In this document: positions 29,249-40,686 of the stretch, piece after piece
Layout of the letters: every line of letters begins with the position of its first letter
Numbering within the stretch: position 1 is the first letter of the stretch
Source: an uncultured Gemmatimonadales bacterium
GTDB taxonomy: Bacteria > Gemmatimonadota > Gemmatimonadetes > Longimicrobiales > RSA9
Assembly (NCBI GenBank): GCA_963708135.1
Contig: OY970192.1
Location: 4,128,001 to 4,192,000 of the forward strand
Length of the DNA stretch: 64,000 nt
Direction: 5' to 3'
Made by a program: the position numbers and the translations under genes
The notes under the pieces: model-generated
Seen by the model: only the letters and a program-made list of their open reading frames with translations
What the model was told of the DNA's origin: nothing
Database searches by the model: none

Positions 29249-30004
29249 ATGGAACTCAGCGAGCTGACGTCGTACCTGAACGAGTACCTGAGCATCGACG
29301 CGCTGCCCGATTCGGCGGTGGCGCTGAACGGGCTGCAGGTGGAGAACGGGGGCGAGGTGAAGCGGATCGCGGTGGCGGTGGATGCGAGCGAGGCGGCGAT
29401 TGGGGGAGCGGCAGCGGGCGGCTGTGATCTGCTGCTGGTTCACCATGGGCTGTTCTGGGGAGGGCTGCAGCCGGTTCGGGGCCGCTCGTACCGCAAGCTC
29501 AAGCTGTTGCTGGACCGGGACATAGCGGTGTACAGCGCACACATTCCGCTGGACGTGCACCCGGAGGTTGGCAACAACGTGGTGCTCGCGCGGGAGCTGG
29601 GGGTGGAGGTGAGGGGGGCGTTCGGGCTCTACAAGGGGACGACGACGCTGGGTGTCTGGGGGGAGCTCGAGCTGCGCCGGGAAGCACTCGCCGCCCGTCT
29701 GGACGAGCTGCTCGGTGGCCGCGTCCGCCTTGTGGCCGGTGGCCCGGAGCGCGTGCATCGGGTGGGGATCATCTCGGGGGCGGCGGCCGGAATGATTGCG
29801 GACGCGGTGGCGCTCGGGCTGGACGCCTTCGTGACGGGGGAGGGCGCGCACCACACGTACTTCGACGCCATGGAGGAGCGGGTGAACGTGTACTACGGGG
29901 GTCACTACGCGACGGAGACCTGGGGAGTGAAGGCGCTTGCGGCGCACCTGGAGGCGCGGTTCGGAATTTCGTGGGAGTTCCTGGACCTCCCGACTGGGAT
30001 GTAG
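29249..30004 (+). CDS. Nif3-like dinuclear metal centre protein (YbgI family)
   Basis: NGLQVE, VHHGLFW, HIPLDVHPEVGNN, GHYATE. Confidence 0.93.
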   Translation: MELSELTSYLNEYLSIDALPDSAVALNGLQVENGGEVKRIAVAVDASEAAIGGAAAGGCDLLLVHHGLFWGGLQPVRGRSYRKLKLLLDRDIAVYSAHIPLDVHPEVGNNVVLARELGVEVRGAFGLYKGTTTLGVWGELELRREALAARLDELLGGRVRLVAGGPERVHRVGIISGAAAGMIADAVALGLDAFVTGEGAHHTYFDAMEERVNVYYGGHYATETWGVKALAAHLEARFGISWEFLDLPTGM

Positions 30005-30073
30005 AGAGCGGGGCGCATCGGGGGGCCAGCGGAGGGCGGAGAAGGCTCGGAAACCAGCAATCACGAGGGGCGA

Positions 30074-32485
30074 ATGGGAGCGATGGCGCGCAGGACCGTC
30101 TGGATGGCGGCGGCCGGGCTGCTGGCGTGGGCTCCGGGGGCGGCTGCGCAGGCGACGAGGGTGGATTCCCGGGCGGAGCGTGCGCCGGCCGCGTCGCCTT
30201 CAGCGATTCCGGATCCCGACGGCTATCTGGGGTTCACGCTGGGATCGGACCGTCACCTCGCGGACTGGAAGCAGATCAGCGGGTACTTCGAGGCGCTGGC
30301 GGAGGCGAGCGCGCGAGTTCGGCTGGACACGCTGGGCAAGACGACGCTCGGGCGGCCGTTCATCATGCTAACGATCGCGGAGCCGGGGACGCTCGCGCAC
30401 CTGGAGCGGTACCGGGAGATTCAGCGGAAGCTGGCCGATCCGCGGCTCGTGCAGGGAGAGGCGGAGGCGGAGCGGCTGATCTCGGAGGACAAGGCGGTCG
30501 TGCTGATCACGGCGGCGATCCATTCCACGGAGGTGGGCGGCTCGCAGGTGCCGCTACGGATCGCGTACCGCCTGGCCACGTCCAACACGCCGGAGGACCT
30601 TGCGATCCTGCACGACGTGATCCTGCTGCTGATCCCGAACCTGAATCCGGACGGCACGCAGATGGTGGTGGACTGGTACCGGAGCACGCTCGGGCAGCCG
30701 TGGGAGGGTGCCTCGCCGCCGTTCCTGTACCACTGGTACACGGGACACGACGACAACCGGGACTGGTACGCGTTCACGCAGACGGAGACGCGGCTGACGG
30801 TGGAGAAGGCGTACAACGTCTGGCATCCGCAGATCGTGCACGACATCCACCAGCAGGGCTCCGAGGGATCGCGCTTCTTCCTCCCGCCGTTCATGGATCC
30901 TTGGGAGCCGAACGTGGACCCGATCCTGACGGAGGGGGTGAACCAGCTCGGCAGCTACATGGCGTGGCGGGTCGGGCAGGAGGGCCTTCCGGGGGTGGTG
31001 ATCAACAGCACGTACGACGCCTGGACGCCGGCGCGCGCCTACCAGCACTACCACGGTGCGGTGCGCATCCTGAGCGAGACCGCGTCCGCCGACATGGCGA
31101 CGCCGATCACGGTGCCGTTCGACTCGCTGCGTCGCGGGCGCGGCTTCGATGCGCGCGAGGCGACGTGGAACTTCCCCGACCCGTGGCCTGGCGGGGAGTG
31201 GCACCTCTCCGACATCCTGCGCTACCAGGAGGCGGGCGCGTTCGCGCTGCTGGACAACGCGGCCGAGAACCGGGAGTACTGGCTGCGCTCGTTCTATCGC
31301 GTGGGCCGAAAAGCGGTCGCCGGGTGGAAGCGGTGGCCGGAGGCGTGGGTGGTGCCGGCGGTGCAGGCGGACTCGACAGCGGTCGCCGAGCTGCTGCGCA
31401 TCCTGACCACCGCGCAGGTGGAGGTGCGGCGGGCGGAGTCGCCGTTCACGGCCGGGGGCCGACGCTATCCGGCAGGGACGTACGTGATCCCGATGCGGCA
31501 GCCGTACGCCTCCTTCGCGCAGGCGGTGCTCGAGCGGCAGGACTACCCGGACCTCCGGCTCTACCCGGGCGGCCCGCCAAAGCCGCCATACGACGTGACG
31601 GCCCAGACGCTGCCGCTGCTCCTCGGGGTGGAGGCGGTGCAGGCGCGCGACCTGGAGCCGGGGCCGGACGCGCTCTCGCTCTCCGCCCCGATCGCCACGC
31701 CGGAGGTGCGGACGGTGGCGGAGGGGCTGTCGAGGGGAACGACGCCCCGGCCGCCGCGCATCGCGGTCTACCAGAGCTACGCGCCTTCCATGGACGAGGG
31801 CTGGACGCGCTGGGTGCTGGACCGCTACCGGATCCCGTTCACGACGGTCCACGATGGCGATGTCCGGGCGGGCGGCCTGGCGGGCAAATACGATGCGGTG
31901 ATCCTGCCGTCGGAGTCGTCCGTGGCGCTGTATTCCGGCCGGCGCCCGGGCACGCTCCCGGAGAAGTACACCGGGGGACTCGGCGAGGCCGGAACCAGCG
32001 CGCTGCTGCGCTTCGTCCAGGATGGCGGGACACTGATCACGCTCGAGGAGGCGTCCCGCTACGCGATCGATCACCTGGGCGTTCCGCTCACGGACGTGGT
32101 GGCTGGGCTTCCGCCGCGGGAGTTCTACATCCCGGGCTCGATCCTGAGCCTCGATCTGGTCGCGGCGGACCCGCTCACCGCGGGGATGCCGGCGCACGCG
32201 GCCGCGTGGTTCGGCCGGCGCGGGATGGCGTTCGCCGTGCGGGGGGATTCGGCGCGGATTCTCGCGCGCTACGGCGCTTCCCCCACGCTGCTCTCCGGCT
32301 GGGCGTTGGGAGGAGAGAAGGTGGCGGGCCAGGGCGCGCTCGTGGATGTGCCCGTCGGCAGGGGCCGCGTGGTGCTGTTCGGCTTCGAGCCCCAGTACCG
32401 GGGACAGCCGATGGCGACGTTCCCGCTCCTCTTCAACGCGCTTCGCCGCTCGGTCCGGGGCGAGCCGCGGGCGTCGGGGCCGTGA
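30074..32485 (+). CDS. Secreted M14 zinc carboxypeptidase family protein (start may be 30083)
   Basis: Signal peptide; IHSTE, NPDG, DNRD, HDIHQ; C-terminal DEGWTRWV...GG glutamine-amidotransferase-like domain. Confidence 0.88.
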   Translation: MGAMARRTVWMAAAGLLAWAPGAAAQATRVDSRAERAPAASPSAIPDPDGYLGFTLGSDRHLADWKQISGYFEALAEASARVRLDTLGKTTLGRPFIMLTIAEPGTLAHLERYREIQRKLADPRLVQGEAEAERLISEDKAVVLITAAIHSTEVGGSQVPLRIAYRLATSNTPEDLAILHDVILLLIPNLNPDGTQMVVDWYRSTLGQPWEGASPPFLYHWYTGHDDNRDWYAFTQTETRLTVEKAYNVWHPQIVHDIHQQGSEGSRFFLPPFMDPWEPNVDPILTEGVNQLGSYMAWRVGQEGLPGVVINSTYDAWTPARAYQHYHGAVRILSETASADMATPITVPFDSLRRGRGFDAREATWNFPDPWPGGEWHLSDILRYQEAGAFALLDNAAENREYWLRSFYRVGRKAVAGWKRWPEAWVVPAVQADSTAVAELLRILTTAQVEVRRAESPFTAGGRRYPAGTYVIPMRQPYASFAQAVLERQDYPDLRLYPGGPPKPPYDVTAQTLPLLLGVEAVQARDLEPGPDALSLSAPIATPEVRTVAEGLSRGTTPRPPRIAVYQSYAPSMDEGWTRWVLDRYRIPFTTVHDGDVRAGGLAGKYDAVILPSESSVALYSGRRPGTLPEKYTGGLGEAGTSALLRFVQDGGTLITLEEASRYAIDHLGVPLTDVVAGLPPREFYIPGSILSLDLVAADPLTAGMPAHAAAWFGRRGMAFAVRGDSARILARYGASPTLLSGWALGGEKVAGQGALVDVPVGRGRVVLFGFEPQYRGQPMATFPLLFNALRRSVRGEPRASGP

Positions 32486-32853
32486 GCCGTGAGGAGGCCG
32501 GGCGCCGCCGCATCCTGCTCGTCGATGACAACGCTCTGACGGCGGAGGCGACGGCCGCGGTGTTGCGCGTGGGCGGCCACAATGTGCGCGTGGCCACGCG
32601 GGCCGGCGAGGCGCTGGCGGGCTTCGCTCCGGGCAGCGTGGATCTCCTGTTGACGGATCTGGGATTGCCCGATGTGGATGGCTGGCAGCTGATCGATCGG
32701 CTGCGACGGATCGATCCGGCGCTCCGCGTGGGGGTGATCACGGGGCTGGAGGGGGTGTCGCGCGAGGAGGCGGAGGCGCGCGGAATCGAGCTGGTCCTTC
32801 TGAAGCCGGTCCCTCCGGAGGAGCTCCTGGAACAGATCGCGGCGCTTGGCTGA
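32482..32853 (+). CDS. Single-domain response regulator
   Basis: ILLVDD, LLTDLGLPDVDG, ITG, LKP; overlaps the upstream stop codon. Confidence 0.85.
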   Translation: MSREEAGRRRILLVDDNALTAEATAAVLRVGGHNVRVATRAGEALAGFAPGSVDLLLTDLGLPDVDGWQLIDRLRRIDPALRVGVITGLEGVSREEAEARGIELVLLKPVPPEELLEQIAALG

Positions 32854-32925
32854 GAACCGGCAGCGGCCGGGGAACCATGACCGGGCGCGGCGAGTTGCGG
32901 GCGGCTGCGGGACCGCTACAGCCGC

Positions 32926-33696
32926 TCAGGACTTCGAGAGGAACGCCTTCGCCTCCTGCTCGTAGCCGGGGAGCACCTGCGCGTGGTCCCTGTACTCGGG
33001 CAGGTCCTTCGACCGCTGCGCCGCGTAGACGTCCACGAGGTGCTGGTAGTACCCGCGGGCGGCATCCCGCTGCCCCTGCGCCAGGGCGGCTTCGGCCGCC
33101 GCTCCGAGCGCGAGGATGTTGTCGGGGGCGCCGGCGAGGACCTTCTCGGCGGTCGCACGGGCGGCCGCCGCGTCGCCCTGCATGTTCTGGAGCAGGCTGA
33201 GGTGATAGAGCCCATCGTCGTCGAGGGGCTCCGCCATCTGGTATGCCTGGATGCCCATCGGCAGGAAGAAGGCGGCGCGGGACGAGTCTCCGGACTCCTT
33301 GAGCTGCATGATGTGGTTGAAGAGTCGGTCCGCCTGCTCGCGGGGCGAGCCGGTGAGCGGGGGCGGTGTCCCCTCCGCGGCGCCACCCGTCCCGGGCGCG
33401 CCCATGTCCCCGACTTCGGGCGCCGGCATTGCGGAAGCGACAGGGGCGGCGCCGGAACCAGCGCGCGAGCGGGAGGCGGGGAGCGTCAGGACGACGATCA
33501 GCGCCACCAGCGCAGCGCCGGTGATATACCAGGGGAGGTTCGAGCCCTGGCGCCTGAGCGGCTCGCCGCAGCTCGTGCAGAAGCGGGCGCCCGGCACCAC
33601 CGGCCCCTTGCATGCAGGGCACGTCGCCTTCAGCGGCGTGCCGCACTCCGGGCAGTATGCGCCGGAGGATTCCGTCTGGCAGGAAGGACAGATCAT
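32926..33696 (-). CDS. Double zinc-ribbon, single-TM, TPR-like protein
   Basis: CPSC/CPEC/CPAC/CTSC, TM helix, helical repeat C-terminus. Confidence 0.8.
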   Translation of the reverse strand: MICPSCQTESSGAYCPECGTPLKATCPACKGPVVPGARFCTSCGEPLRRQGSNLPWYITGAALVALIVVLTLPASRSRAGSGAAPVASAMPAPEVGDMGAPGTGGAAEGTPPPLTGSPREQADRLFNHIMQLKESGDSSRAAFFLPMGIQAYQMAEPLDDDGLYHLSLLQNMQGDAAAARATAEKVLAGAPDNILALGAAAEAALAQGQRDAARGYYQHLVDVYAAQRSKDLPEYRDHAQVLPGYEQEAKAFLSKS

Positions 33697-33789
33697 AGGG
33701 GTGGAAGCTTAACCGGGCGCGCAGGTTGCGTCCAGTGCGGATCGGGCGCGGGCGTGGCCGGCGCACCGGGCCTCCCGTATCTTCCGGCG

Positions 33790-34821
33790 ATGCGGGTGTT
33801 CCTTACGGGCGGCACCGGTCTGCTGGGCTCCCACGTGGCGGAGCACCTGCGCGCGCGCGGCCACACGGTCGTGGCGCTGGTCCGCCCCACCAGCCGGACC
33901 GAACACCTCCGGCGCGTAGGCGCGGAGCTCGTGACGGGCGACCTCACAGACCCGGAGCCGGCGCTCGCCCGGGCGGCGGGAGGGTGCGACGCCACGATCC
34001 ACGCGGCCGCGCTGCTCTACCGCAGGGACGCGACGGAGGTGGACTACCAGGCGGTGAACGTGGATGCGACGGAGCGGCTGCTCCGCGCCGCCGGCGCCGC
34101 GGGCGCGCGACGCGCGGTCCTGGTGTCCAGCACGGCGGTCTACGGGGCCGGCGAGCCCGGCGAGCTCCACACGGAGGACTCCTGGTTACGGCACCCGCCG
34201 CCGGCTCGAGTTCAGTATGCGCGCTCCAAGCGGGAGGGCGAGCAGGCGGCGTGGCGGCTGCACGGGGCGGGAGTCGTCCGGCTCAGCACGGTGCGGCCGG
34301 GTGTGCTGTACGGTGAGCGCGACCGCTGGTTCACGGCGGCGCTGGCGCGCACCGTTGGCTGGCCCGCCGTGCCGCTGCCCGCCGGCGGACGATGCACGGT
34401 CCCCGTGGTGTACGCCGGCAACGCTGCGGTGGGCGTGGTCGCGGCGCTGGAGCGGGAGGAGGCGGTGGGAGAGGCATACAACCTGTCCGAGGATGCGCCG
34501 TTGACGGTTCGCGCACTGATCGAGAACTTCGCCCGCGGGCTGAGCCGCAGGCCCGTGCTGGTGGCGGTGCCGGGCTGGGCGGTGCTCGCTGTGGCGGCGG
34601 TCGGAGACGGGATCCTTCGCCTCCTCCCGGCGGCGCGCGGCGCGGATGCGGATCTTCGGCGCGCGGCGCGACGGCTCCTCGAGGACAACGCGTATCCGGC
34701 GGAGAAGGCGCGCCGCGCGCTGGACTGGGGAGCGCGGGTTCCGCCGGCCCTGGCGCTCGAGCGGACGGCGCGGTGGTGGCTGGGGATGCACGCGGGCGCG
34801 GAGGAGGTTGGCCAGAGATGA
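33790..34821 (+). CDS. NAD-dependent epimerase/dehydratase family protein
   Basis: TGGTGLLG, SSTAVYG, YARSK. Confidence 0.88.
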   Translation: MRVFLTGGTGLLGSHVAEHLRARGHTVVALVRPTSRTEHLRRVGAELVTGDLTDPEPALARAAGGCDATIHAAALLYRRDATEVDYQAVNVDATERLLRAAGAAGARRAVLVSSTAVYGAGEPGELHTEDSWLRHPPPARVQYARSKREGEQAAWRLHGAGVVRLSTVRPGVLYGERDRWFTAALARTVGWPAVPLPAGGRCTVPVVYAGNAAVGVVAALEREEAVGEAYNLSEDAPLTVRALIENFARGLSRRPVLVAVPGWAVLAVAAVGDGILRLLPAARGADADLRRAARRLLEDNAYPAEKARRALDWGARVPPALALERTARWWLGMHAGAEEVGQR

Positions 34822-35718
34822 GCGAGCGGGATCGGGGCAAGGGCGAGGTGGTCTTCGAGGCGGAGCCTGAGGAGGTCAAGGCGCTCAAGCCGCCGCCTGG
34901 CCGGCGCACGGAGGACGAGCAGCTGCTGGCGGGGCGTGCCGGGCAGCCGCCCACCGCGCAGGACTACACGAAGGATGCGTGGCGGGTGTTCCGGATCATG
35001 GGCGAGTTCGTGGAAGGCTTCGACACGCTGGTGGCGATCGGCCCGGCCGTCACGGTGTTCGGCAGCGCGCGCACGCTGCCCGACGATCCGATCTACGCGG
35101 CGGCGGAGGAGACGGCGCGGCTGCTGGCGCAGGAAGGCTTCGCGGTGATCACGGGAGGTGGTCCCGGGATCATGGAGGCGGCGAACAAGGGTGCCTACGA
35201 GGCCGGCGGCGAATCGGTGGGGTGCAACATCGAGCTGCCGTTCGAGCAGGGGATGAACGCGTACGTCGAGACCGCGATCAACTTCCGGTACTTCTTCGTG
35301 CGGAAGACGATGTTCGTGAAGTACGCGGAAGCGTTCGTGATCTTTCCGGGCGGCTTCGGCACGATGGATGAGCTCTTCGAGGCGCTCACGCTGATCCAGA
35401 CCGGCAAGGTCCGCAACTTCCCGGTGATCCTCTTCGGCAGTGCGTACTGGGGTGGGCTGTTGGGGTGGCTGAAGAACTCGATGATGGCGGAGGGCAAGAT
35501 CGCGCCGGAGGACCTGAAGCTGCTGATCGTGACCGATTCGCCGGAAGAGGCGGCGCGGCACGTGGTGGACTGCTACGACCGTCTCTGCTTCGAGGCCGCG
35601 CAGGCGTCGGAGGGCGCGCGGGAGGAGGCCGCGCGGGAAGGACGGCTGCGGCACAACCGCGGGGGGTTCAAGCCGCCGGTCCCGCCGACGCGGGTGCCGG
35701 TGAACCAACGGGAGAGCA

Positions 35719-35729
<11 letters not shown>
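34818..35729 (+). CDS. LOG family nucleotide phosphoribohydrolase (TIGR00730-like)
   Basis: [30 protein letters not shown]. Confidence 0.92.
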
Positions 35730-36861
<1,132 letters not shown>

Positions 36862-36868
36862 GAGAGGG

Positions 36869-37777
36869 GTGAGGGTCGCGATCACCGGCTCGACGGGCCT
36901 GATCGGCTCGGCGTTCCGCCGCGTCTGGGAGGCGGCCGGCCACGACATCACGGCCGTTGTGCGCCACCGCCGTCCGGCGGACGCGCGCCGGTCGATCGAA
37001 TGGCGTCCCTCGGAGGGCACGATCGACGCGGCCGGTCTCGAAGGGCACGAGACGGTCGTCCACCTCGCCGGCGAGAGCATCTTCGGGCTGTGGACCGCGG
37101 CCAGGCGCCGGCGGATCCTGGTGAGCCGAACGCGGGGCACGCGGCTTCTCGCCGAGGCGCTCGCCCGGCTCCAACGCCCCCCCTCACTGCTGCTCTCCGC
37201 CTCCGCGTTCCATTACTACGCCGAAGGAGAGGGCGGCCCGGAGGTGGACGAGACGTCCCCGCCCGGCCGGGGGTTCCTCGCGCAGGTGACACAGGAGTGG
37301 GAGGCCGCCACGGCGCCCGCCGAAGCGGCGGGGATTCGCGTCGTGCACATGCGGTTCGGACTCGTGCTCAGCCGCCGCGGGGGAGCCCTCGCCGCGATGC
37401 TGCCGGTGTTCCGGCTCGGGCTGGGCGGCCCGGTCGGCGGCGGGCGCCAGGTCTGGAGCTGGATCGTGCTGGACGAGATCGCATGGGCGGCCCTGCACCT
37501 GGTCGGGAAGGAGGCCGTCCGCGGCCCGGTGAACTTCGTCACCCCCAATCCGGTCACGAACCGGGAGTTCACGCATACGCTGGGGCGCGTGGTGCACCGG
37601 CCGACGCCGCTCGCGGCGCCCGCCTTCGCCGTGAAGCTGGCGGCGGGCCAGATGGGCGAGGAGCTGCTGCTGATGGGCGCCCGCGTGCGCCCGCACAAGC
37701 TGCTCGAGAGCGGATACTCCTTCCGCTGGCCGGACCTCGAGCTCGCGTTGAGGGATGCCGTGGCCGGCAAGGTCTAG
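36869..37777 (+). CDS. TIGR01777-like NAD(P)-dependent oxidoreductase (YfcH family)
   Basis: ITGSTGLIG, HLAGE, SR..GT, GLGGPVGGGRQ.WSWI. Confidence 0.9.
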   Translation: MRVAITGSTGLIGSAFRRVWEAAGHDITAVVRHRRPADARRSIEWRPSEGTIDAAGLEGHETVVHLAGESIFGLWTAARRRRILVSRTRGTRLLAEALARLQRPPSLLLSASAFHYYAEGEGGPEVDETSPPGRGFLAQVTQEWEAATAPAEAAGIRVVHMRFGLVLSRRGGALAAMLPVFRLGLGGPVGGGRQVWSWIVLDEIAWAALHLVGKEAVRGPVNFVTPNPVTNREFTHTLGRVVHRPTPLAAPAFAVKLAAGQMGEELLLMGARVRPHKLLESGYSFRWPDLELALRDAVAGKV

Positions 37778-37892
37778 GGACGCAGGGCCGGGGCGCACCG
37801 GAGGCGGGGCGCGGGCCGGGATGGCACGCGCATCGCATGAAAGCCACCCGGCTCGTTTCTCCCTCGGTTCCCTGGCTCCCGGAGGCCCCAGC

Positions 37893-38186
37893 ATGCTCAC
37901 GAAGCGCAACTTCAAGAAGGAGAAGAAGGTGAAGGTCACGTTCGCCCTGCCGGCGGGCACGGCACGCGATCACGCCCACGTGGTCGGCGACTTCAACGAC
38001 TGGCAGGCAGCCACCCCGATGAAGAGGCAGAAGGACGGCAGCCTGCGGGTGACGGTGGACCTGGAGCCGGGGGAGGCCTACCAGTTCCGCTACCTGATCG
38101 ACGGCGACAACTGGATGAACGATCCGGACGCGGATGCCTACGTGGACAACCCGTTCGGCTCGCAGAACTGCGTGCTGCGCACGTGA
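37893..38186 (+). CDS. Isoamylase early-set (CBM48-like) domain protein
   Basis: VTF.LP, VVGDFNDW, YQFRYLIDG..W.ND; GGAGG RBS. Confidence 0.88.
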   Translation: MLTKRNFKKEKKVKVTFALPAGTARDHAHVVGDFNDWQAATPMKRQKDGSLRVTVDLEPGEAYQFRYLIDGDNWMNDPDADAYVDNPFGSQNCVLRT

Positions 38187-38344
38187 TTTCCCAGCCGGCC
38201 GGCCGCCCCCGGGTGTCGTTGCAGGGGGTTTCGGGGCGGTGTATCTTGTGGGGCTCGGGCAGATAGCGGATTCGGGCGCCCGCCGGCGCGAACGGTGGAC
38301 CGGCGCGGCCGGCCCGGGTGGGCGGTCCAGACGCGAGGAACGCG

Positions 38345-39445
38345 ATGGCTGGGAACGGCGATGCGGCGCGAGGCTACGCGCCGCACGGCAAGGATACAGG
38401 GATCGTGAAGTCGAAGGGGACGGCGCGGCTGCCGATCCTCGAGGGTGAGGCACTGCCGCTCACGACGCGCAAGCCGCAGTGGCTGCGCGTCCGCTCGCCC
38501 GGCGGGCCGAACTACCTGCGGCTCAAGAGGCTCATGCGAGGTCAGCGCCTCCACTCCGTGTGCGAGGAGGCGGGCTGCCCGAACATCGGCGAATGCTGGG
38601 AGGCGGGAACGGCGACGTTCCTGATCCTTGGGGATGTGTGCACGCGGGCGTGCAAGTACTGCGCGATCGCGCATGGCATGCCGACGGAGCTGGACTGGGA
38701 CGAGCCGAGGCGGGTGGCGGAGGCGGTGGCGGCGCTGGAGCTCGCGCACGTCGTGGTCACGAGCGTGAACCGCGACGAGCTGGCCGACGGCGGCGCGGCA
38801 GTGTTCGCGGCGCTGATCGAGCAGACGCGGGAAGTGCGTCCCGAATGCACGATCGAGGTGCTGATCCCGGACTTCAAGGGGGATGAGGCGGCGCTCGAGA
38901 CGGTGGTTCGCGCGCGGCCGGACATCCTGGCGCACAACCTCGAGACGGTGGAGCGGCTGCACCCCTGGGCGCGGCCGGGTGGACGGTACTGGCGGAGCAT
39001 CTCGCTGCTCGGCGCGGCCAAGCGAATGGACCCGGGCATGCTCACGAAGTCGGGGCTCATGCTGGGGCTGGGCGAGGCGCGGGAGGAGATCCGGCGGGCG
39101 ATGGCGGACCTGCGCAAGGCGTCGGTGGACATCCTGACGGTGGGGCAGTATCTGCGCCCGTCCAGCCACCACGCTCCGGTGGCGCGCTTCGTCACGCCCG
39201 AGGAGTTCGGGGAGTGGAAGCGGGTGGGGGAGGCGGAGCTGGGCTACCGTCACGTGGAGTCGGGGGCGCTGGTCCGCTCGAGCTACCATGCCGAGAGGCA
39301 GGCGCGCACCGTGCAGGCGGGCGGGGTCGGGGAGATCGCCGAGATCCTCGAGGCCGACATCCCCGCGCCCGCCGAGATCGTGAACGCGGCAGAGGCTCGC
39401 GGGCTCGTCCAGCTGGAGGATCGGCGCGAAGCGGCGGGCGGCTAG
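38345..39445 (+). CDS. lipA: Lipoyl synthase (start may be 38405)
   Basis: CEEAGCPNIGEC, CTRACKYC, RSSY. Confidence 0.96.
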   Translation: MAGNGDAARGYAPHGKDTGIVKSKGTARLPILEGEALPLTTRKPQWLRVRSPGGPNYLRLKRLMRGQRLHSVCEEAGCPNIGECWEAGTATFLILGDVCTRACKYCAIAHGMPTELDWDEPRRVAEAVAALELAHVVVTSVNRDELADGGAAVFAALIEQTREVRPECTIEVLIPDFKGDEAALETVVRARPDILAHNLETVERLHPWARPGGRYWRSISLLGAAKRMDPGMLTKSGLMLGLGEAREEIRRAMADLRKASVDILTVGQYLRPSSHHAPVARFVTPEEFGEWKRVGEAELGYRHVESGALVRSSYHAERQARTVQAGGVGEIAEILEADIPAPAEIVNAAEARGLVQLEDRREAAGG

Positions 39446-39597
39446 GCGAAGCATCGAGACGGCCGTTCCCATCCGGAGCGGGCGAGCGGGGAGAGCCGGG
39501 GACGGCTCCCCGCCCTCCCGCTTCTTGTTGGCGGATGCAGTGCTCGAAGAGGGCGAGACGAACCGGCGGCGGGCGCGTCGCCGACAGGGAGTGCCCC

Positions 39598-40683
39598 ATG
39601 GCGGATGCGAAGACCACCACGAAGAAGACGCAGGCGACGGCCAGCGGCAACGGCCGGCAGCTCGGGGGGCTGGATGAGGAGGCCCTGCTGGAGCTGCTCC
39701 GGAAGATGCTGCTCGGGCGCCGATTCGAGGAGAAGAGCGCCGAGTCGTACGCGCTCGGCAAGATCGGCGGGTTCTGCCACCTCTACATCGGGCAGGAGGC
39801 GGTGGCGGTGGGCGCGCTGAGCGTGCTGCGGCCGGACGACTACGTGATCACGGCATACCGTGAGCACGTGCAGGCGCTGGTGAAGGGAGTGCCCCCGAAG
39901 GCGGTGCTGGCGGAGCTGTACGGGCGGGTGGACGGCACATCCCACGGCAAGGGCGGCTCGATGCACATCTACAGCGCCGAGCACAATTTCATGGGCGGGT
40001 GGGGGATCGTGGGCGGGCAGATCCCGATGGCGACCGGCATCGGCTGGGGCATCAAGTACCGGGAGGAGGACCGGGTCTGCCTGTGCTTCCTGGGGGAGGC
40101 GGCGGTGAACCAGGGCGCGTTCCACGAGTCGCTCAACATGGCGGCGCTGTGGAAGCTGCCGGTGATCTACATCGTGGAGAACAACCGCTTCGGGATGGGC
40201 ACGGCCTGGGAGCGGGCATCGTCGCTGTACGACATCGCGCAGAAGGCGCACGCCTACGACATGCCGTCCTCGGTAGCCGACGGCATGGACGTGTTCGACA
40301 TGCGGGCGAAGGTGCAGGAGGCGGTCGGGCGGGCGCGCTCCGACTCGACGCCGACGCTGATCGAGGCGCGCTGCTACCGCTTCATGGGACATTCGATGTC
40401 GGATCCGGTGAGCGGCGTGTACCGGACGAAGCAGGAGGTGGAGGAGGCGAAGAAGAAGGATCCGATCCGGATCTTCATCGACCGGGTGAAGGATGGGGGG
40501 ATGCTGTCGGACGAGACGCTGCAGGGAATCGACGAGGCGGTGAAGCGGGAGGTGGAGGAGGCGGCCGAGTTCGCCGACCAGTCGCCCGAGCCGTCGGCGG
40601 AGGACCTGTACAAGGACGTGTACGCGGAGCTGAACGAGCACGGCCGCCTCTTCTTCGACCGGCAGGACCGGGTGGAGGGCTAG
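39598..40683 (+). CDS. pdhA: Pyruvate dehydrogenase E1 alpha subunit
   Basis: GFCHLYIGQEA, GKGGSMH, GEAAVNQG, YRFMGHSMSDP. Confidence 0.95.
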   Translation: MADAKTTTKKTQATASGNGRQLGGLDEEALLELLRKMLLGRRFEEKSAESYALGKIGGFCHLYIGQEAVAVGALSVLRPDDYVITAYREHVQALVKGVPPKAVLAELYGRVDGTSHGKGGSMHIYSAEHNFMGGWGIVGGQIPMATGIGWGIKYREEDRVCLCFLGEAAVNQGAFHESLNMAALWKLPVIYIVENNRFGMGTAWERASSLYDIAQKAHAYDMPSSVADGMDVFDMRAKVQEAVGRARSDSTPTLIEARCYRFMGHSMSDPVSGVYRTKQEVEEAKKKDPIRIFIDRVKDGGMLSDETLQGIDEAVKREVEEAAEFADQSPEPSAEDLYKDVYAELNEHGRLFFDRQDRVEG

Positions 40684-40686
40684 CCG